Positions 14,440 to 28,200 of a stretch of 64,000 bases of DNA are shown here, piece after piece; within the stretch, counting starts at the first letter, position 1; every line of letters begins with the position of its first letter. A model generated the notes under the pieces. The model saw only the letters and a program-made list of their open reading frames with translations, did no database searches and was not told the DNA's origin. Position numbers and translations under genes: made by a program. The DNA comes from Chrysomallon squamiferum (taxonomy: Eukaryota > Animalia > Mollusca): the NCBI GenBank assembly GCA_012295275.1, contig CM022677.1, forward strand, positions 9,734,001-9,798,000, written 5' to 3'.

Positions 14440-14837
14440 ATTCTAACGTATTATTCTTCTCCAGCATAAATTGTTTGTGATGAATGAATGTTTAACGACA
14501 CCGCAGCACAAAACATAATCAGCCAGTGTCATCGTAAGTCACTTAATTATAAACTGACAGTGACAAATTCAGAAACTGTTAAATATTATTATTACTTTTA
14601 TATTAGTAACTTAATGATTGATCAATTAATCAACGTTATACTAAGTCAGAAATTAGCAAAATCGATGAAAAATAATCATAAAATATTATTACAGAATGTA
14701 AATATTATACTAAAATCCAGTTCTTAATAACAATTTTTACTGAGAATTATAAACAAATACAAAATCAATTTAAAAATAACAAAAATAATATTACCTCCCA
14801 ATATCAAAACACTGGCACGTTTTGCGGGTTCCGCCAT
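2287..14837 (-). CDS. Extended short-chain dehydrogenase/reductase (NAD-dependent epimerase/dehydratase family) protein; 3'-partial, continues past the left edge
   Basis: Ten GT-AG exons with consistent phases: 14837-14795, 12396-12335, 11063-11007, 10560-10506, 10155-10064, 8156-8043, 5055-4902, 4307-4255, 3331-3205, 2372-2287 (843 nt, 281 codons, no stop). Protein: MAEPAKRASVLILGGTGFIGRNLVHYLV (Rossmann GxxGxxG) ... FDYVFNLAAE ... VEFSTGQMY ... EPWTQMARRKLEVE ... IVRPAVVYGIGD ... TVHVDDLCRA ... GEIYNIVD. Confidence 0.92.
3470..3672. repeat. 23-bp minisatellite (TCTACTGTAATTCATAATCTGTA), about 9 degenerate copies
   Basis: Periodicity visible directly in the SDR intron between the exons at 3331 and 4255. 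Confidence 0.8.
5930..6110. repeat. About 4 degenerate ~45-bp tandem copies resembling the SDR exon-9 3' end and donor
   Basis: 5945-5980 ttaacctgcatcacctttgtttacaatgttgtatat versus ~3200-3235 tttacctgtatcacctttgtcgacaatgttgtaaat. Confidence 0.65.
10616..10870 (+). mobile_element. Tigger4/Zombi (MER46-like) non-autonomous pogo-family MITE remnant
   Basis: Starts CAGGTTGAGGATTCCTTATCTGAAATTCAGAAATC, resembling the Tigger4/MER46 terminus as I recall it. The internal gtataag..taaatgaa..gacttagatcc..aaaattcaaaaataccaaaatc also resembles that family. Right TIR not recognisable. Confidence 0.55.
11048..11690. repeat. About 5 degenerate 115-140 bp tandem units whose first copy contains the SDR exon-3 acceptor
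   Basis: tcaacaacacgcagctaaaatataaataaaa (11050) recurs as tcaacaacacacagctaaaatataaacaaaa (11164) and tcaacaacatgcaggtaa (~11572), each followed by ..aattct(a/g)aca..agagttatta..aaa..caact. Confidence 0.65.
11826..12690. repeat. ~190-bp direct repeat pair (11826-12015 and 12500-12690) flanking SDR exon 2 and a (TG)n tract at 12258-12330
   Basis: aatgaaaaaagaaaaatgtaactaaataac.aaatgaaactgtaatatgatgaaaa...agttaaccgtatctaaataaacaaa occurs twice. Confidence 0.8.
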
Positions 14838-15813
14838 CTTCGATTTCGTCTTTATACTCACGTGATCGCATAATGCGGAAGTAGCTCACTAGTCAATTTG
14901 TACAATTCTGAAGATCATAACTAAGTTTCCAATTTGCTAATGATTCAAAAATTACAAGTAATTCAAGATATTTTAATGGATATAAAATAATAATAACTGT
15001 AATTTTCTGCAGTTGTTGGTCTTGATTTTCATTTGAACGTATTTATTGATTTAGTTTTGAATGTAAGATAATAATTTAAAATAATGAAATAGAATCAATC
15101 ATTCAATGTTTATTGTTAAACATACAACTAGAACAATTACATGAATTTAAAAATGGCAATAATAATGATAAATAAATAAAAATAATAATACGTTCGACTA
15201 TTTCAACAAATACAAATCTCTTTAGAGAGATTTATTTTCATTGGTAGTATATTCGTCTTTCTTATTTATCTGTTTAATCGTAAACTATTTGGTGAGACCT
15301 AATTACCGTATCTACATTTTTGACAAGTATTTTAAATATCTTTGTTTATTGTCAATATAGAATTATTAAGAAGGGTTTATAAATGATAAAATATTTAAAA
15401 TATAAATGTTTAAAAATAAAATATAAATGAAGAAAATAGCAAATTATTTTTATCCAATCAAAAGCGATGCCCGTGCCTAGACTTAGTAAAAATGGATGGT
15501 ACAGGCTGAAATGGGAGAAACACAATTACACACTTTTCTTTTTAACTGTTTATATTCCATATTTTTTGGCCAACATTTTTTGTGGTATGTATACGCTATA
15601 CTTACATTAAATTATTCATAAAATTATAATACTATATTAGTAGTTCTTTGATAAATGAGAATAAATTTATTTTTGTTGTTGACGCACCCACATTTGACGC
15701 AGTTTTGTTTTTGTTGACAAAATGATGTAGTTTTAGTTTGGAACATACTAATGAGTAAACATTTTGTTTAGATCTAGATTCTGTAAATATCAGAAATGTA
15801 ACGACGTGTAAGT
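14831..15813. promoter_or_regulatory. Likely bidirectional promoter region of the SDR and Arkadia genes, with a probable non-coding first exon of Arkadia (~15670-15807)
   Basis: Local CpG retention; YY1-like CCGCCATCTT over the SDR ATG (14831-14840), palindromic E-box TCACGTGA (14858-14865), ETS-like GCGGAAGT (14875-14882). A donor GTAAGT lies at 15808, and the acceptor tttttaatcag at 16251 is just before the Arkadia ATG. Confidence 0.55.
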
Positions 15814-16260
15814 AATGAATATAGTAAGCCGTAGAAGTAACGTCTGTTTTTATCAGTGCACACCTCAGCTGTCAAACTTTTTATTATTTTTAATATTATT
15901 AATATTATTATTTTTAATAATGATTTTTGGTAGTCAAAGATCTTCACTTTAGAAAATATTCAATAATTTTACTAATCATCAGAATAATATTTATAAAAAT
16001 AGAGTGCTTAATTTTAACTATGAAAACAAAATATATCATCTAATAATTTGTTGTCCTTAGTGACATTTAAAAACAATCCCTTGATCCATGAAATTTAATA
16101 TGGCATAATTTAAGATGGTCATGTAAAAATGTTACATGTCCACTTAACTAACTAAATATATCTATAGTAATTAAAAATAAATACATACTATTTTAAAAAT
16201 AATAATAATAAAATAAATAAATAAATAAATATCAAAATCATTTTTAATCAGGTCTTGACA

Positions 16261-19200
16261 ATGGAGAACAACATTCTGTCCCTGCCTGCAGAGAGCAGTA
16301 CAATGGCTTGGCAGCCTGGACCAAGTGTCAATCTACCTGCAGCAATTAAAGAGGTAAACATCACTAATACTAATACTCTAACCTTGTCATATTGGTCATA
16401 AGTCTCTGCAAGTATATTATCAAATTGTGCTACAATTAAAGTTTTTAAATATTACTTGGTTGTATTTTCTTAAATTAATAAACAGTTGTGATTTAACATG
16501 TTTGTCATATGCTGTTTATTTATTTTGTAACAATAATCAGTAGTTTGTGGCAGCCAGGCTATCCCCCACTAATCCGGTGATAATTTGTTCAAAACTTTCT
16601 GGATTTCACTGTTACATAGATTGTTTTCATCTTGGTATCATTTAAAAATGTCAATCTTTTAGCTTTCTGTTATGTGGTTCACTGAAGTTGTTGTTGGAAT
16701 GTTGAAATTAGCTTTTGGTTGACAATTGCTCTTCTTTCCAATAACCATTATGCTGATTTTTAGCGAGGCAGTGTCATCTTAACACAAGCTTGTGCATTAA
16801 ACAGGAAACAGTTTTTCCACAATGGTGGAACACAGCTATTTTTAGTTCCAAATATACAGTTCATCTGGAATGTTCAAAAAGTAGTGACAATATACCTGGC
16901 TTTTCTTAAATTAGTGCTCACTTTTTATCAATTTACGGCTGAAATAAAAGATATTTTCACCCTTTCCAATCAGCTGTTTTATTAGTTTATTCACTAGTTG
17001 TTGAGATCAAACTTCGAACCAAATGCTCATATTTTTGAGCATGCATGTGTGAAATGGCTATTAGCAAAAGCAGTGAAGAATTACTTGAGTAGTTTACATT
17101 ACAGTTCCATATTAATTAATCTGTACAGTACTGAGGTAATATCTATGCAGGTAGGGTGATTACTTGTTCTTTTATGCAGTTAATTATGTTTATTGATTCA
17201 TTTGTTTACTTTCTTTAACTGATTGTTATAAAGATGTTAGATTATGAATTTTGTTGAAAATCTGTAAGCTGTTAAGAGCAGTAAAATACAAATAGATGGT
17301 CTGTCCTTGTCATATGTCTGTGTTTCTGTTCACATTTATAACAAACAAACAAGATCATTCAGAAGAGAAATATAAATAAATTCAGAATAAATTGATTATA
17401 ACAGTTTCAAAAATTGATGAAACTAAAAGAAATGCACATTTCATTCTTTATTTTATAATGTATTTATTTGTTGTTTCAAGGAATCTGATGATGCAGAAGA
17501 AGAAATTGTTGTTGATACAACAGACAAATCACTTGGAATTATTCTCCATGACCCTCAGACATCGGCCACTTCAGCACCAGCAACATCACAGGACTTTGTT
17601 ACAGAACTAAATGCTAGAGCCGAAGCCATTGTGGAACAGACTATGGGTGAGTTGTTGTTCCTGTCTGTCTTTTGTGTGTCTCAACATTAAACTTAAAAAA
17701 AAAAAGTTTCCTTATATAAAAAGTGTCTCCACATCTTTTTCAATAACCATCTTTCAATTATGTTGAAAATTTTGTTTCATTTTCAGGTTTGACGGGGGTG
17801 GAAGACATGTGGCATTCAGCAGAGGAGGATGTTGATGTAGTTTCACTTGATGCAGCAGGTGCTGCAGTTTCTCGCTCTGCTGCTGGTAACCTTTTATGTT
17901 GATTTTATTTTTCTACTGTATGTGAGGCAGTGGTCAATAAGAATTATAATTATGTATCATCATTATGAAAAATGTGTATGTATGTGTATATATATATATA
18001 GAAAAAGAGAGAGAGGCACACACACACACATATACACATATAAAATTGTTTCGTTCACGCATCAGTTGCACAATTTTGTAACTTAGGTAACAGTTTTGTA
18101 TAATTTACTGAATGAGTAGTCCCAACAACATCAATATATATGTGTATAAATATCTTCTGAAGTAGGTGAATTCTCATTAGTGGTTAGAATGCATTATAAT
18201 TGCATATAACCATTAAATAATGGCAATAGTACGATCATCTGTGTCATTTGGAAAACTGAGGTTGTTTACAGAAGAGATTAAAAAAATAGATATATCTTTA
18301 AACATTTATTGCCAAATACTTTTTACTTACCATTGCCAATCTCTAAGAAAAGTTTATACTATAGACTTTTTTTAGATACATGCACAGCCATCCAAACACA
18401 CCCCACCCTCAGACACAAAACACTACCAACGCTAAGTACATCTTGATGATTTGTATAAGAAAAATAGTGTTTGTGTGGTTCAGGTATGCATAGACTGGTT
18501 ATCATGTATGTAAAAGTAAAAGATTACTGCTGGTTTCAGGTATGGGCCCCAGGTCTTCAGTTGATGCAACACTAACAGATGATTTCCGTAATTACATGGG
18601 ACATTTGTCAGAACTGAATGATGAAGCCCCGAGTAGTCACCCAATGTGGCCGACACCTGACTCGCAGTCCACTGTGAGCATCTACTCTTCAGGTGAAGAC
18701 AGTCCATGTGAGGTGTGGACCAGCATAAACTCTCCCAACCACTGTGTGATGGAGAGGGGTGAGGGCAGCAGGCATTCTGTTAGGAGGAGTGTTCCACTGT
18801 ACGAGTGTGATACGACAATGGATGAGTCAGGGTCTGATGAAGTGTTCCAGCCTGCGTCATCCAGTGACAACATGTACGAACCAATGAATCCTTACTCCTT
18901 GTTTAACCTGCCCGAGAACCTGAAACGATGCAAGGAAAGGAAAAACAGAAAGAAAAAGTTTGATATTTTTAACTTACATAATGACAGGCAAAGTTCTGTG
19001 AGTTCTGCTACAGTTAGACCTAATGTCAGTTTGTCTGAGTTGGGGAGCATCAGCGAGGGAGACTCTGATGTTGATGTTCTCTCTCTGCCAAGTTCAGAGA
19101 ATGCACATCGCCAGCTGCCTCCAACCGAGGAATGCCACATTTCTAAGGTTACACACAAAACTGTTTTTACTTCAGCAAAGCCTGCTAATATAGACACAGC

Positions 19201-22200
19201 AACTGTGACACCATCTGGTATTGCCCCTTCACCGGTCATTTTGCAGACCAGTCCAGTGTCCAGCAGTGATTGTCAGAGGTCAACAGCAGAGCAGAGGAAG
19301 CGCAAGTGGGGACCTCACAAACGTCCATGTAACTCAGCTGCACAGGTCTCCAGGGAAACGGCTACCCAGTGTCCAGAACAGGACGCACCTTTTGGTCAAC
19401 CAAATGTTGTTGAAGAAAGTGACCCAACTGGTTATCATAGATACAAGGATGAAGAGGGTCCAAGTATGATGAGGACTACATCACCTATTGTTCCTGACAT
19501 CCATTTGTCAGCTTCTGATGACAGCGATGTTGAGGTGGTCAAAATAGAACAAAGGTGACTTATAATTATTGTATGTCTTTGTGTATGTATGGGTGTGTGC
19601 ACATGTGTAAGTAATATCTTTGTGTTGATTTAAAATAAATGAGCTATTTCTGTGACTAAATAATGTAATCATAGAGATCTGCTGTAGCCAATTTATTATT
19701 TCTTTTAATTGAAAAAACAAAACAGTTTTATTTGTTTATTTTTACATTCTATTTTTCTGTTAAACATTTTATTATTATTAATATTATTATTATTATTGGT
19801 TTTTTTTTTAATCAAGTAAGCTATTGTAATTGTTCCAATTTAGCAAAGATTCTAAAGTTGTAAATTGTTTTGTTTGCCTCAGACCAAGGAGAATGGAGAC
19901 GTCTGGCCGAGCTACAGTGGTTGTGGATCTCACTGAGTCAGATGATGGTAAAACAGTTATTACAGTTCTTTGAAAACTTGCAGAAAAGTTAACATTATCC
20001 ATTATATTAGTATTAATAAACCAGTATTATATGTGCTTTCCTATTTCTAAACGATAATGTAATGTGAAAAGGAAAGTGTACAGCCTGTGTTAATAATATT
20101 AAAACTGCAAAAACCTGTACATAACAAATTATCTTTCTTAGGTTAATCTAGACAAATTATATTTTTGTTTTTTGATAAAAAAAATTAAAATACTGACAAA
20201 TTTGGTAAAACTAATGGTTTAGCAGTGTTTGGTTATTTATTGAATAACTGATCATATAAACCACATGAGGGCAATTTAAATATTAAGATTCACATTTTCC
20301 TGAACCAAGGAATTTTTCCATACATAATAGTAAATTATTAAATATTAATTGTATCAAATAATTTGGTCAATAACTGTAAGGGTCTAGTAATATAGTCTAA
20401 AATATTGTTATCAAATCTGTTACTAATTTTCTAACATCTGAAGAAAAAATGTATAAATGTTTTTTTTTTAATGTTTTTAAATACTGAAATATAAATTATT
20501 TTCTCAGAGCATACAATGAGACAGACTAGACAAGTGAGGACAACAACATCGTCAGACACACAGACAGTGACTCAGCCATCTCAAGCTCGCCTGCACGTAC
20601 CCATGCCCATTCCTTCCCCAGCCCCCATCAACATACCCAGATCATTTGCCAATCACCATCATTTTCATCCCCTGCCCCCCCCTGCCCACTCCCAGCCTCT
20701 GCACCAACCCACACCAGCACACACGTGTGGACGTCATTCATTCTGTACAGATCACAGCTACACATGTGGAGGGGTAAGCAAATAAATCATTTTTAATATT
20801 ACCTACAAAAACAAAACAAAATACTTAGAAATATATTACACAGTTATTTGAAATCAGTTACATGTTTTTAATATTACTATAGAAATTTATAAGAAAAGAT
20901 TATAATAGGTACTGGTGGCCTAGCCGATATAATTGGTCAAACTGTTAAAAGTTCAGATTTTGTCCATTTTCCTCCACTCCAAAATCCCTTCTATAAAACC
21001 TCCCACAAAAAACAAATACATGGAAATATAGATCATTATGTGCTCTTTTAAATGGTGTTATTGTTCTTGTATGTTAAATCAGTTCTTTGTATGTTAAATG
21101 TTGTGGGGGTAAATGCACCTTGGTCAGCAATTAAAAGTGTGGAGTAATAAGTCCTAAAATAGGGTTGCTGTACAAACGCCTGGCTTGTTTTCACCAAGAT
21201 GGCTTCAGTGTTATTTTTAGCACAGCTAGGAGGGTAATAGATCAATCTTTCTTATGTGCATGTCATTGTTGGCAATAGCTTATATCAAAAGTTGTGTCCA
21301 AAAATGTACTTTTTCATGCCTTCAAACCAATTTTTTGAAAAAAAACCTGGCTGAAAATAAAACTTATGTTCATGAGATCAAATGAAAGCTCATTCAATTT
21401 CCTTTCAAACAATGTGCAATACTTCTTTGGTGAAAATCAGTTCTGAGTTCGACAGTAACCATTAAGTTTCGTTTTCTACAGACCGAAATTGCCATAGATT
21501 TTATGTACAGCTAGAAAGGTCTGGCGCTGTTTAAAATGATAATATTTCTATGTTGTTTATATTTTTAATAACTTGTTGGCTGTATGTTTTTCTTCAGTGT
21601 TCCTATTTTTAGCATATATTTTATAGCAAGTGCATAGCGAAATCACATTAAATTGTTTCCTACCTTGTCAAACTGCCATATATTTTATGCAATTAAAAAT
21701 AACTGGTGCTGTTTGAAATGATTATATTGCTATGTTGATTATATTTTTAATAACCAGTAGGATGCATGTTTTATTGTATGGTTATGACTTTTACTGAATA
21801 TAGTATGAATACGTTCTGAAATAAAAAAATTAACATTGTTTTGCCGATTACTATTGTCCATTCTAGAACCATTTTTTTTTAATATAAAATCATAAATTGA
21901 TAAGTATTAAAACATTATTTTTGCTCATTGATAAGCTCTATCAGAGAAAATTTCAGCAATGGTCAGATGATACATAACTTTTGTTTGCTTTCAAACCACA
22001 GCAAATGCGACTGCTTCAAATGACATACTTATCGTACCTGTGTTTTTAATTGCCACTAGTCCCATGATTACATACAATTTATTGTCCCTAATTAATACTT
22101 GCAACACCTTTCTGGAGTAGACCCTAAGGATTAGCTGAGTTTATGTATAGCAGAGGATTATTGTTAAACATCAAATACTTGTAGTTCTTTTAAGTAATAT

Positions 22201-25200
22201 TTATATATATATATGTACACATCACAGTATCTTAACTTATTACTACTAATTATTTAATCGAGTGAAAATTCAAGCTGCTTATGTAAATAAAGTTGTGCTG
22301 TCATTCTTTTTTATGGGCTTGGCAGCTCATTTAGTAAGTTGGTCCCATCACTCTTGTTGATTTTCAGTCTTTTGTGTCAGTTACTTTTAAACTACAGTTG
22401 ACCAAAGTAGCCCTTTCTGCTAATTAGCCAAAATAGGGCTGAAAACTGACTGTCGTACCAATTTGCATATATCTTTTGAACTGCTGGAGATAGTCATAAT
22501 TTTGTGTGTGTTCTGTTTCTTTTTGCTACAGCTGTCATTGTGTGCTAATTTTTTGCATATTATATGAAATTAAAGTCAGACAAAATTTGCCTGCCGATAC
22601 CTATTTATAAGTAGATACTCGAAATCTTGTAAACAGGTTGAGGGATAAGTGAATAAAAACATTTTTAATATTGTGTAGAAAAAATTGTATTTTGGAAGTT
22701 ACTTTGAAATAGCTTATAGTTAAAATAGTTTTTTCCTTAATAGAAGAACAATAACATGCGGAAAACAATTTAAAATAAATTATAAAGTTTTGAAATCTTC
22801 TACTGAACAGCTATATATTTAAAGAGATATAAATAATTTAGAACGTTTCTTAGAAATTGATAATATAGATATTCATGTACAGAAAACATCTTCACATACA
22901 AAATAATTTTTATTTTTATTAGAAAAATAAGATTTAGAGTTATTCAGTGCAAATATATAATACATGTCTTTGTTCTTGTTACAGCATCCTCCAGTAGTTG
23001 ACTGCAATGACCCGTTTGGTTGTGCGTTCCATCACGACCAAAGTTCATGTCGAATTCACACGTCAGGTGCTCACAACAACAACAACCTACATGCTGCACA
23101 CATGCACAGCAGCCACAGCCACGCCACTCACAACCACCCACACTCACATCGGATGAATAACAGTCCATGTGTTGGTAAGTATCAGTCACATATCTTTTTT
23201 TTTCATGTTCCAGTTACAAAAATGTACAAACTTGATGATCCAGTACAAAGGCTAATTTTGAGTAAAGAAAAAGTCGGTTGTCTTGTCTGAACAGACATCT
23301 ACAAATAAAAATTATTAAGTTTAAACACTTCCAGCAGTGTCACATTGTTATTGGTAGAACAATTTTGTTTTTAACATTGGAATCAGTATTTAGAAAAGTC
23401 AAATAACTCTGCTACACAGCTTATCATGCTTTGGGTTCATCTATACCAGGCATTTTGTAAAAGGTTGAATTAGATTTTCTAGCTTTTGCATAATTTAAAA
23501 ACTACCAGGATCCAGTTGCATTGATAATAGCGTATATATATATATATATAGTACAATGACTTGGTACTGTTGTTGTTGATGGTGTTGTTGTTTTCAGGTA
23601 CTTGTAATCATCTTGCTCACATTCATCGACCCACAGCTCAGCCTCTTCGTGCCCACATCCATCATCATCATTATCACCCTGCCCCCTTCTCAGTTCCTCC
23701 CAGCCTTCCGATGACGTTACAACCCCACCCACACCCTCATCAAAGACTGATGCATCCAGATCTGTCCTGTCACCATGGTGATCCTGGAAGTATGGGTGTG
23801 TACCAGCCCCGTGACACCATGGCTACCACTCACAGTCCAATACAGGTGGTGCCTCCAGTTAACGCCCAGACTGTTTCTGATCTCTTAGCCATGCAATCCC
23901 AGGGAAGAGGGAGACCTTGTGGAACTGGAACCCCAGGGCCGAGTTCTCTGAACCCACACACGGAGATGGACCAGTGTAATCCAAAGTAAGTTGAGCAACT
24001 GAAGTGTTTATAATTCATTGTGCTGCAATAGCCACAGAAAATCAGTATTTTATGTTTTCTTATTACTGCTTATTATTTTTCACTTTTAATATATTTGATG
24101 TGTTGCCAATTGCACGTTTACATGTATGTATGTGTGTGTATGCCTTATTGTATGTATGTGTTTTTGTATATGTCTCTGTGTGTGTCCTTGTGCGTGATGC
24201 ATATGTGTTTTTGTATGTATGTGTCTGTAGGTGTGTGAGAGTGTGGATATGTATTGTGTACCAGTATTTTTATTATTAATTTAATTTTTGGTATTTGTTA
24301 GTCCTATATTTAATAACAGACCGTTTGTTGACAGTTCTGTGAGTCAGCCCATTCCAGGACAACCACAACAACACCTTCATCATCATCTACATCACTACCA
24401 CCTCAACCCTGCATCTAGAATGCACCCTTGGCCACAAATGCGCATGCCATCATTCCTAATGGTATGTAATTATTACTAGCTAATTTCTACTTCATTTATG
24501 TGAAAAGTTCCAAAATGAACATAAACATTATTAAAAAAAACCCAGGAGTTTTGTTTTTAAGTGCACCATAAAGCAAATTATGATGTTTAATTGAACATTT
24601 TTTACTATTTACCAAAATATTACAAACTTGATTAGTTTTTAATTTACTTATATCTATTTTTATGTAATTCATTACTGTGATGTTGCTTACATTAGTTTTG
24701 ATTTTTCAGCCTCCTATGCCTGACATGCCTCCATTCCCAGGGTTTCCATCATTTCAGCGATTACCACGAAATATGCAAATGAGACTGGGAGGCATGGTTT
24801 ACCATGGTCCAATAGTTGAAGTGAGTTTTTCTGTAAATTTTTATAACTGCTTGAAAAATATGGAAAACAACACACTCACCTGATTGTTATACTAAACAAA
24901 AAAAACCACACTCACCTAATTGTTATACTAAACAAAAAAAAACCACACTCACCTGATTGTTATACTAAACAAAAAACACACTCACCTGATTGATATACTA
25001 AACAAAAAACACACACTCACCTGATTGATATACTAAACAAAAAACACACACTCACCTGATTGTTATACTAAACAAAAAACACACACTCACCTGATTGATA
25101 TACTAAACAAAAAACACACACTCACCTGATTGTTATACTAAACAAAAAACACACACTCACCTGATTGATATACTAAACAAAAAACACACACTCACCTGAT

Positions 25201-28200
25201 TGTTATACTAAACAAAAAACACACACTCACCTGATTGTTATACTAAACAAAAAACACACACTCACCTGATTGATATACTAAACAAAAAACACACACTCAC
25301 CTGATTGTTATACTAAACAAATTAAAATAGTTTCATACAGACAAATGTTCTTAGAAATACAAAAATAATAAAAGATATGTTTTGTGCATGCTTAGAAATG
25401 AAAGTGGCGTTTCTCATTTCTCTGTGAAACTTTATAAAGTTTATTGGTTATAAAAGTTATTTTATCTGTTTTTTCAATGTAAATTTTTGCTAAAGATACG
25501 TGAGAATGCAACATGAAAATAAAAAAGGTAAAAAGAGAAAAAATAAGGGTAAATATATCATGGAGAAAGTGAACAGAAAATAAGGGTAAGCAGCAGCCAA
25601 GCTGGTCAAGAAGTCACTATTACAAAGATGTCAAATACACAGAATAACGAGATCTTCATCTGCACCATTTTATCTGTCAACACCAATTTAACAGTCTCAG
25701 CAGTCACAGTATGGACAATACAGACAAACCAAATGATCCCACAAATTGGACATGACTGAGAAATGACTGAATAGTATGGAAATAACAAGATATCAGTGGT
25801 GAAATGGTGGATACCAAGTTACAGATGAACTTTGAGATGATAATAACAGTATGAAACAATAATTATGTGAATTAAAAACTGAGTTTGGAAACTTAAGAGA
25901 AAACTCCATGACCTACAAACTGGCTTCATGTGTGACAATTTAATCTTTAGTGGGATACCAGAGAAAGACACAGAAGAGGAGTTGAAAAAGTTTATAAAAA
26001 AATGAAATGAAAGTAGAAAATAATATTGACTTTCACAGAGTGCATTGAAAGGGGAGGAAGTTTGATGGATACATAAGGCCTATGATGGATGCCAATGTTC
26101 ATTTAAAGCTTTTTATTCTACTGTTAGCAGAATCACTGGACGCTCTACAACATAATCTTAACTTTTTTGTCAGTTACTGCCGAGTATGGATACTTAAACT
26201 TAATACAATAAAACTAAAATAATGATTTTAAGTAAAGGGAGGATTAAACTAGTGATTATATATTTATATTTGATGGAGAGATTATTGATATAGTAGATAA
26301 CTATAAATATTTACAAGAAATGGTCTATTCACTTACAATGTATAATAACTATATAATAAAGCAATGAAAGCTATGTACAGCCTAATAGCTAAATGTCGTC
26401 AGAATAATCTCTCTAATGACAGTATACTTGATTTATCTGACAAACTAATACAGCCAATTTTATTGTATGGTTGTGAAATATGTGGTTTTACAAAGGTACA
26501 ACTAATAGAAAGACTCCATATGAAATTTTGTTAGTATTTACTAAATCATAAATGTTCATTAATGTACTTCTGGTTTTATGATCTATGATGAACTAGGACA
26601 GTATCCCCTTTGTATTTCTCTAAAAGTAAGAATGGGGGGGACCCTAATTTGAAAAAGCCAAAACAATATTTCCTCACAACTATATTATTGAATGCATGTT
26701 ACTGAGTTTCCTTGGAACAAATTTGTAAAAAATATTTTAGATGATTGTGGTTTAACATATATATGGATATATCATAACTTTTATAATGTTAAATGGTTAA
26801 GTCCAAACACAGTTTCATGTAATTTGTTTAATAGTAAAAATATGTTTATATTTAAAAAGTTACATTTATTAATAAGAACTGTATGTGAGAGAGTATGTCC
26901 TCCATATTAAACTTTCATGCATGTGCATTTTAATTTTGTTATTATAATAGGTGTGATACATTCTTCTCTGTACTGTAATCTACAGTTTATGGGAATAAAG
27001 TTACTGTCATTGACATTGCTGATGATTCCTGCAATTTATGTTCTCTGTTGGTGTGGACCAAGAGAAAATGTTTAGCTGCTTTTTCTCAGATATGAGAGAA
27101 TTGAAATCCAGTTAATTAAAAACTAACTAAATAAATAAACAAAAATATAGTACCATTGTAATCCAGAGTAAAAAAAAAAGAATTCTATGTGTTATACATT
27201 TGTTTTATTACATCCACTGAATTTGTAATGTAATAACAGTAATTTAAAATGTTTTAATGCTGATGGTATCATATTTTTTCGGTTTGTTTTATTACTATCG
27301 ATTGTATTTGCAATTATTATAGTAATTAAAAACATAATGTTTGTTTTACAGTTTAATTTTGATGGTAGAGGAGGAAATGGAAACATTGGTGCCAGTCAAG
27401 TGGTCATAGAACAAAACACTTTACCACACAAGTACAAAAAGGTATGTCAGTCTACTTGAAACATCCCATGCTTTGCACTAGTTTTTCTATAATCTCTGCT
27501 TGTGAGTTCCATCTCATATCAGTTTGATCACTAAAATTAGCAACAGGACATGATGGATGTAACATTTTCCTTCGACTGTTTGTCCAGATAACATATCTAA
27601 TTTCATTATCTAGATAATCCTACTTGCCTAATAGGATTAATATTGCCATGATTAGAATATTAACAAATCTATAGACAGTCATATTCACTTACTGCTGAAA
27701 TGTATTGTATTATAATTTCATACACTTCTTTTATTTTGCTTAGCAATAAAAAGTGCTTTATTTAAAAAAAAAAAAATTATAGTTGTATGATATTCTTGTT
27801 CAACAAATTGTAAGTGCTCTTTATTTTCCTTCTCAGGCAAACTTTTTAATATTTTCTTTGTTCATGTTTTCAGTCAAAGCGTTGCAGTGATGTTGATGAT
27901 CCATATCACATGGAGAAATGTACAATATGTCTCAGCGAGTTTGAAGATGGTGAGGACGTCAGGTATGTTGTCATTGGAGTTGTATAAATTTAATATTTTC
28001 TCAAATCAGGTCACTGACAGTAACTTTTCAATTAGAATCTTTTTTATTTTTTATTTTTTTTAATGATGATGAGAGTTTTTAACTACAATGATAATAATTT
28101 TTCCAACTATAATCATTTTGTTTTAAATTGATGAAAAGAATGATCAACTGAAGGATAGTTACAGTAACTTACAAATTAAATTGATGACGAGTTATGATTA

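Noticed and set aside
18542-19558. Stand-alone 338-aa single-exon gene
   Set aside because: It is exon 4 of Arkadia, with phase-compatible acceptor (18540) and donor (19554).
24871-25320. CRISPR-like array of 35-bp repeats
   Set aside because: Units are contiguous with no unique spacers, there are no cas genes, and it lies in a eukaryotic intron.
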